From positions 24,490,001 to 24,554,000 of the forward strand of contig OZ059894.1 of NCBI GenBank assembly GCA_964057225.1: DNA of 64,000 bases, read 5' to 3'. The translations under genes were made by a program, and so were the position numbers. This document shows, one piece after another, positions 56,201 through 64,000 of the stretch (position 1 is its first letter; each line of letters starts with the position of its first letter). Source of the DNA: Auanema rhodensis. Lineage: Eukaryota > Animalia > Nematoda. The notes under the pieces are model-generated. The model saw nothing but the letters and a program-made list of their open reading frames with translations. It was not told the origin of the DNA and searched no databases.

Positions 56201-58052
56201 TAAATAAATGTACACGTGATGTGCACTTGGTATGTAACTCGCTTCACGTGAAAGATAAAGTGATGCGGTTTTCAAAATTAGATTCCCCATGTCCATATTA
56301 GTCTAAAAACAAATTTTTATTGATATTGGTGCATGGTAACCATGACTTTGAAATTTACGTGAACTTTAATTTATGCTAATTAAATGTACACGTGATGTGC
56401 ACTTGGTATGTAACTTGCTTCACGTGAAAGATAAAGAGATGCGGTTTTCAAAATTAGATTTCCCATGTCCATATTAGTCTAAAAACAAATTTTTATTGAT
56501 ATTGGTTCATGGTAACCGTGACTTTGAAATTTACGTGAACTTTAATTTATGCTAATTAAATGTACACGTGATGTGCACTTGGTATGTATTTCGCTTCACG
56601 TGAAAGATAAAGAGATGCGGTTTTCAAAATTAGATTCCCCATGTCCATATTAGTCTAAAAACAAATTGTTATTGATATGGGTGCATGGTAACCATGACTT
56701 TGAAATTTACGTGAACTTTAATTTATGCTAATTAAATGTACACGTGATGTGCACTTGGTATGTAACTCGCTTCACGTGAAAGATAAAGAGATGCGGTTTT
56801 CAAAATTAGATTCCCCATGTCCATATTAGTCTAAAAACAAATTTTTATTGATATTGGTGCATGGTAACCATGACTTTGAAATTTACGTGAACTTTAATTT
56901 ATGCTAAATAAATGTACACGTGATGTGCACTTGGTATGTAACTCGCTTCACGTGAAAGATAAAGTGATGCGGTTTTCAAAATTAGATTCCCCATGTCCAT
57001 ATTAGTCTGAAAACAAATTTTTATTGATATTGGTTAATAGTAACCATGACTTTGAAATTTACGTGAACTTTAATTTATGCTAAATAAATGTACACGTGCT
57101 GTGCACTTGGTATGTAACTCGCTTCACGTGAAAGATAAAGTGATGCGGTTTTCAAAATTAGATTCCCCATGTCCATATTAGTCTAAAAACAAATTTTTAT
57201 TGATATTGGTGCATGGTAACCATGACTTTGAAATTTACGTGAACTTTAATTTATGCTAATTAAATGTACACATGATGTGCACTTGGTATGTAACTCGCTT
57301 CACGTGAAAGATAAAGAGATGCGGTTTTCAAAATTAGATTCCCCATGTCCATATTAGTCTAAAAACAAATTTTTATTGATATTGGTGCATGGTAACCATG
57401 ACTTTGAAATTTACGTGAACTTTAATTTATGCTAAATAAATGTACACGTGATGTGCACTTGGTATGTAACTCGCTTCACGTGAAAGATAAAGTGATGCGG
57501 TTTTCAAAATTAGATTCCCCATGTCCATATTAGTCTAAAAACAAATTTTTATTGATATTGGTGCATGGTAACCATGACTTTGAAATTTACGTGAACTTTA
57601 ATTTATGCTAATTAAATGTACACGTGATGTGCACTTGGTATGTAACTTGCTTCACGTGAAAGATAAAGAGATGCGGTTTTCAAAATTAGATTTCCCATGT
57701 CCATATTAGTCTAAAAACAAATTTTTATTGATATTGGTTCATGGTAACCATGACTTTGAAATTTACGTGAACTTTAATTTATGCTAATTAAATGTACACG
57801 TGATGTGCACTTGGTATGTATTTCGCTTCACGTGAAAGATAAAGAGATGCGGTTTTCAAAATTAGATTCCCCATGTCCATATTAGTCTAAAAACAAATTG
57901 TTATTGATATGGGTGCATGGTAACCATGACTTTGAAATTTACGTGAACTTTAATTTATGCTAAATAAATGTACACGTGATGTGCACTTGGTATGTAACTC
58001 GCTTCACGTGAAAGATAAAGTGATGCGGTTTTCAAAATTAGATTCCCCATGT
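35217..58052. repeat. HOR domain D: second variant subfamily with irregular, rearranged HORs, including a tandem 12-mer (2112 bp) at 41685-45908
   Basis: Subfamily variants T24G, T35G, C40A, A50G, A81T, T88A, G100A, AC121-122TT, A145T and linked C124T+C169T. Monomer order in 41685-43796 repeats in 43797-45908. Confidence 0.85.
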
Positions 58053-60868
58053 CCATATTAGTCTAAAAACAAATTTTTATTGATATTGGTTAATAGTAAC
58101 CATGACTTTGAAATTTACGTGAACTTTAATTTATGCTAATTAAATGTACACATGATGTGCACTTGGTATGTATTTCGCTTCACGTGAAAGATAAAGAGAT
58201 GCGGTTTTCAAAATTAGATTCCCCATGTCCATATTAGTCTAAAAACAAATTTTTATTGATATTGGTTCATGGTAACCATGACTTTGAAATTTACGTGAAC
58301 TTTAATTTATGCTAATTAAATGTACACGTGATGTGCACTTGGTATGTAACTTGCTTCACGTGAAAGATAAAGAGATGCGGTTTTCAAAATTAGATTTCCC
58401 ATGTCCATATTAGTCTAAAAACAAATTTTTATTGATATGGGTGCATGGTAACCATGACTTTGAAATTTACGTGAACTTTAATTTATGCTAATTGAATGTA
58501 CACGTGATGTGCACTTGGTATGTAACTTGCTTCACGTGAAAGATAAAGAGATGCGGTTTTCAAAATTAGATTCCCCATGTCCATATTAGTCTAAAAACAA
58601 ATTTTTATTGATATTGGTGCATGGTAACCATGACTTTGAAATTTACGTGAACTTTAATTTATGCTAATTAAATGTACACGTGATGTGCACTTGGTATGTA
58701 ACTCGCTTCACGTGAATGATAAAGAGATGCGGTTTTCAAAATTAGATTTCCCATGTCCATATTAGTCTAAAAACAAATTTTTATTGATATTGGTTCATGG
58801 TAACCATGACTTTGAAATTTACGTGAACTTTAATTTATGCTAATTAAATGTACACGTGATGTGCACTTGGTATGTAACTCGCTTCACGTGAAAGATAAAG
58901 AGATGCGGTTTTCAAAATTAGATTCCCCATGTCCATATTAGTCTAAAAACAAATTTTTATTGATATTGGTGCATGGTAACCATGACTTTGAAATTTACGT
59001 GAACTTTAATTTATGCTAATTAAATGTACACGTGATGTGCACTTGGTATGTAACTCGCTTCACGTGAATGATAAAGAGATGCGGTTTTCAAAATTAGATT
59101 TCCCATGTCCATATTAGTCTAAAAACAAATTTTTATTGATATGGGTGCATGGTAACCATGACTTTGAAATTTACGTGAACTTTAATTTATGCTAATTGAA
59201 TGTACACGTGATGTGCACTTGGTATGTAACTTGCTTCACGTGAAAGATAAAGAGATGCGGTTTTCAAAATTAGATTCCCCATGTCCATATTAGTCTAAAA
59301 ACAAATTTTTATTGATATTGGTGCATGGTAACCATGACTTTGAAATTTACGTGAACTTTAATTTATGCTAATTAAATGTACACGTGATGTGCACTTGGTA
59401 TGTAACTCGCTTCACGTGAAAGATAAAGTGATGCGGTTTTCAAAATTAGATTTCCCATGTCCATATTAGTCTAAAAACAAATTTTTATTGATATTGGTTA
59501 ATAGTAACCATGACTTTGAAATTTACGTGAACTTTAATTTATGCTAATTAAATGTACACATGATGTGCACTTGGTATGTATTTCGCTTCACGTGAAAGAT
59601 AAAGAGATGCGGTTTTCAAAATTAGATTCCCCATGTCCATATTAGTCTAAAAACAAATTTTTATTGATATTGGTTCATGGTAACCATGACTTTGAAATTT
59701 ACGTGAACTTTAATTTATGCTAATTAAATGTACACGTGATGTGCACTTGGTATGTAACTTGCTTCACGTGAAAGATAAAGAGATGCGGTTTTCAAAATTA
59801 GATTTCCCATGTCCATATTAGTCTAAAAACAAATTTTTATTGATATGGGTGCATGGTAACCATGACTTTGAAATTTACGTGAACTTTAATTTATGCTAAT
59901 TGAATGTACACGTGATGTGCACTTGGTATGTAACTTGCTTCACGTGAAAGATAAAGAGATGCGGTTTTCAAAATTAGATTCCCCATGTCCATATTAGTCT
60001 AAAAACAAATTTTTATTGATATTGGTGCATGGTAACCATGACTTTGAAATTTACGTGAACTTTAATTTATGCTAATTAAATGTACACGTGATGTGCACTT
60101 GGTATGTAACTCGCTTCACGTGAATGATAAAGAGATGCGGTTTTCAAAATTAGATTTCCCATGTCCATATTAGTCTAAAAACAAATTTTTATTGATATTG
60201 GTTCATGGTAACCATGACTTTGAAATTTACGTGAACTTTAATTTATGCTAATTAAATGTACACGTGATGTGCACTTGGTATGTAACTCGCTTCACGTGAA
60301 AGATAAAGAGATGCGGTTTTCAAAATTAGATTCCCCATGTCCATATTAGTCTAAAAACAAATTTTTATTGATATTGGTGCATGGTAACCATGACTTTGAA
60401 ATTTACGTGAACTTTAATTTATGCTAATTAAATGTACACGTGATGTGCACTTGGTATGTAACTCGCTTCACGTGAATGATAAAGAGATGCGGTTTTCAAA
60501 ATTAGATTTCCCATGTCCATATTAGTCTAAAAACAAATTTTTATTGATATGGGTGCATGGTAACCATGACTTTGAAATTTACGTGAACTTTAATTTATGC
60601 TAATTGAATGTACACGTGATGTGCACTTGGTATGTAACTTGCTTCACGTGAAAGATAAAGAGATGCGGTTTTCAAAATTAGATTCCCCATGTCCATATTA
60701 GTCTAAAAACAAATTTTTATTGATATTGGTGCATGGTAACCATGACTTTGAAATTTACGTGAACTTTAATTTATGCTAATTAAATGTACACGTGATGTGC
60801 ACTTGGTATGTAACTCGCTTCACGTGAAAGATAAAGTGATGCGGTTTTCAAAATTAGATTTCCCATGT
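58053..60868. repeat. Tandem duplication of an 8-monomer (1408-bp) block with private variants
   Basis: 58053-59460 matches 59461-60868. Each copy starts with a GGTTAATAGT monomer and carries A90G (TAATTGAA) and A137T (GTGAATGA), which I saw nowhere else. Confidence 0.9.
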
Positions 60869-63800
60869 CCATATTAGTCTAAAAACAAATTTTTATTGAT
60901 ATTGGTTCATGGTAACCATGACTTTGAAATTTACGTGAACTTTAATTTATGCTAATTAAATGTACACGTGATGTGCACTTGGTATGTAACTCGCTTCACG
61001 TGAAAGATAAAGAGATGCGGTTTTCAAAATTTGATTCCCCATGTCCATATTAGTCTAAAAACAAATTTTTATTGATATTGGTGCATGGTAACCATGACTT
61101 TGAAATTTACGTGAACTTTAATTTATGCTAAATAAATGTACACGTGATGTGCACTTGGTATGTAACTCGCTTCACGTGAAAGATAAAGTGATGCGGTTTT
61201 CAAAATTAGATTCCCCATGTCCATATTAGTCTAAAAACAAATTTTTATTGATATTGGTTCATGGTAACCATGACTTTGAAATTTACGTGAACTTTAATTT
61301 ATGCTAATTAAATGTACACGTGATGTGCACTTGGTATGTATTTCGCTTCACGTGAAAGATAAAGAGATGCGGTTTTCAAAATTAGATTCCCCATGTCCAT
61401 ATTAGTCTAAAAACAAATTTTTATTGATATTGGTTCATGGTAACCATGACTTTGAAATTTACGTGAACTTTAATTTATGCTAATTAAATGTACACGTGAT
61501 GTGCACTTGGTATGTATTTCGCTTCACGTGAAAGATAAAGAGATGTGGTTTTCAAAATTAGATTCTTCATGTCCATATTAGTCTAAAAACAAATTTTCAT
61601 TGATATTGGTGCATGGTAACCATGACTTTGAAATTTACGTGAACTTTAATTTATGCTAAATAAATGTACACGTGATGTGCACTTGGTATGTAACTCGCTT
61701 CACGTGAAAGATAAAGTGATGCGGTTTTCAAAATTAGATTCCCCATGTCCATATTAGTCTAAAAACAAATTTTTATTGATATTGGTTCATGGTAACCATG
61801 ACTTTGAAATTTACGTGAACTTTAATTTATGCTAAATAAATGTACACGTGATGTGCACTTGGTATGTAACTCGCTTCACGTGAAAGATAAAGTGATGCGG
61901 TTTTCAAAATTTGATTCCCCATGTCCATATTAGTCTAAAAACAAATTTTTATTGATATTGGTGCATGGTAACCATGACTTTGAAATTTACGTGAACTTTA
62001 ATTTATGCTAATTAAATGTACACGTGATGTGCACTTGGTATGTAACTCGCTTCACGTGAAAGATAAAGAGATGCGGTTTTCAAAATTAGATTCCCCATGT
62101 CCATATTAGTCTAAAAACAAATTTTTATTGATATTGGTTCATGATAACCATGACTTTGAAATTTACGTGAACTTTAATTTATGCTATTTAAATGTACACG
62201 TGATGTGCACTTGGTATGTAACTCGCTTCACGTGAAAGATAAAGAGATGCGGTTTTCAAAATTAGATTCCCCATGTCCATATTAGTCTAAAAACAAATTT
62301 TTATTGATATTGGTTCATGGTAACCATGACTTTGAAATTTACGTGAACTTTAATTTATGCTAATTAAATGTACACGTGATGTGCACTTGGTATGTAACTC
62401 GCTTCACGTGAAAGATAAAGAGATGCGGTTTTCAAAATTTGATTCCCCATGTCCATATTAGTCTAAAAACAAATTTTTATTGATATTGGTGCATGGTAAC
62501 CATGACTTTGAAATTTACGTGAACTTTAATTTATGCTAAATAAATGTACACGTGATGTGCACTTGGTATGTAACTCGCTTCACGTGAAAGATAAAGTGAT
62601 GCGGTTTTCAAAATTAGATTCCCCATGTCCATATTAGTCTAAAAACAAATTTTTATTGATATTGGTTCATGGTAACCATGACTTTGAAATTTACGTGAAC
62701 TTTAATTTATGCTATTTAAATGTACACGTGATGTGCACTTGGTATGTAACTCGCTTCACGTGAAAGATAAAGAGATGCGGTTTTCAAAATTAGATTCCCC
62801 ATGTCCATATTAGTCTAAAAACAAATTTTTATTGATATTGGTTCATGGTAACCATGACTTTGAAATTTACGTGAACTTTAATTTATGCTAATTAAATGTA
62901 CACGTGATGTGCACTTGGTATGTAACTCGCTTCACGTGAAAGATAAAGAGATGCGGTTTTCAAAATTTGATTCCCCATGTCCATATTAGTCTAAAAACAA
63001 ATTTTTATTGATATTGGTGCATGGTAACCATGACTTTGAAATTTACGTGAACTTTAATTTATGCTAAATAAATGTACACGTGATGTGCACTTGGTATGTA
63101 ACTCGCTTCACGTGAAAGATAAAGTGATGCGGTTTTCAAAATTAGATTCCCCATGTCCATATTAGTCTAAAAACAAATTTTTATTGATATTGGTTCATGG
63201 TAACCATGACTTTGAAATTTACGTGAACTTTAATTTATGCTAATTAAATGTACACGTGATGTGCACTTGGTATGTAACTCGCTTCACGTGAAAGATAAAG
63301 AGATGCGGTTTTCAAAATTAGATTCCCCATGTCCATATTAGTCTAAACACAAATTTTTATTGATATTGGTTCATGGTAACCATGACTTTGAAATTTACGT
63401 GAACTTTAATTTATGCTAATTAAATGTACACGTGATGTGCACTTGGTATGTATTTCGCTTCACGTGAAAGATAAAGAGATGCGGTTTTCAAAATTAGATT
63501 CCCCATGTCCATATTAGTCTAAAAACAAATTTTTATTGATATTGGTTCATGGTAACCATGACTTTGAAATTTACGTGAACTTTAATTTATGCTAATTAAA
63601 TGTACACGTGATGTGCACTTGGTATGTAACTCGCTTCACGTGAAAGATAAAGTGATGCGGTTTTCAGAATTAGATTCCCCATGTCCATATTAGTCTAAAA
63701 ACAAATTGTTATTGATATGGGTGCATGGTAACCATGACTTTGAAATTTACGTGAACTTTAATTTATGCTAATTAAATGTACACGTGATGTGCACTTGGTA

Positions 63801-64000
63801 TGTATTTCGCTTCACGTGAAAGATAAAGAGATGCGGTTTTCAAAATTAGATTCCCCATGTCCATATTAGTCTAAAAACAAATTTTCATTGATATTGGTGC
63901 ATGGTAACCATGACTTTGAAATTTACGTGAACTTTAATTTATGCTAAATAAATGTACACGTGATGTGCACTTGGTATGTAACTCGCTTCACGTGAAAGAT
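60869..64000. repeat. Domain F: further variant set (A164T, A87T, T26C) with a short 3-monomer (528-bp) duplication
   Basis: A164T (AAATTTGATT) at 61032, 61912, 62440, 62968. A87T at 62187 and 62715 (offset 528). Confidence 0.75.

Larger units (their letters stand above)
1..64000. repeat. Tandem satellite DNA array, 176-bp monomer, ~364 copies; probable centromeric/pericentromeric heterochromatin
   Basis: CCATATTAGT recurs at 1, 177, 353 ... 2641 (=15x176+1) ... 32561 (=185x176+1). After one 28-bp deletion the phase continues at 32709+176n up to 63861. Monomers differ from consensus by only about 0-6 substitutions. The repeat call is direct; the centromeric role is inferred from monomer size and homogeneity only. 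Confidence 0.99.

Noticed and set aside
1-64000. CRISPR array (palindromic repeats at regular spacing)
   Set aside because: Sequence between the palindromes is near-identical in every unit, so there are no unique spacers. The period is 176 bp and no cas genes or leader are present.
1-64000. Transposon insertion, inversion or telomeric repeat within the array
   Set aside because: The 176-bp phase is arithmetically preserved from 1 to 32561 and from 32709 to 63861, and no foreign or reverse-oriented sequence was seen.
1-64000. T/G pattern at monomer position 39 as an information-bearing code or programmed diversification
   Set aside because: The variant order is adequately explained by nested duplications and deletions of monomer blocks. 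No template or enzyme is evident.

Overview
The whole 64 kb window is one uninterrupted, single-orientation, head-to-tail satellite array. The monomer is 176 bp and AT-rich (about 32% GC by hand count). There are 362 full-length monomers, one 148-bp deletion monomer at 32561-32708, and a final 140-bp partial copy. I found no credible genes, RNA genes, transposon insertions, inversions or CRISPR array. The single listed ORF is an artefact of one TAG>CAG change in one monomer. Monomer length and homogeneity are typical of a eukaryotic (peri)centromeric or heterochromatic satellite, but I cannot name the family or organism. The informative structure is in the single-base variants; a label such as 'A31G' below gives the position within the monomer, counting from CCATATTAGT = 1. 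These variants show a series of higher-order repeat (HOR) domains: 10-mer, nested 8-mer/~34-mer, 11-mer, 6-mer, 12-mer, 8-mer and 3-mer. Two variant subfamilies meet at about 33-36 kb. The monomer is rich in dyad symmetry (TCATGGTAACCATGA, TTCACGTGAA, three ACGTGA cores 32-33 bp apart). The few breakpoints that can be mapped tightly fall in or next to these palindromes. I did not find evidence of a new gene-based system; the most interesting signals concern satellite evolution. All variant calls were read by eye and should be confirmed by alignment.
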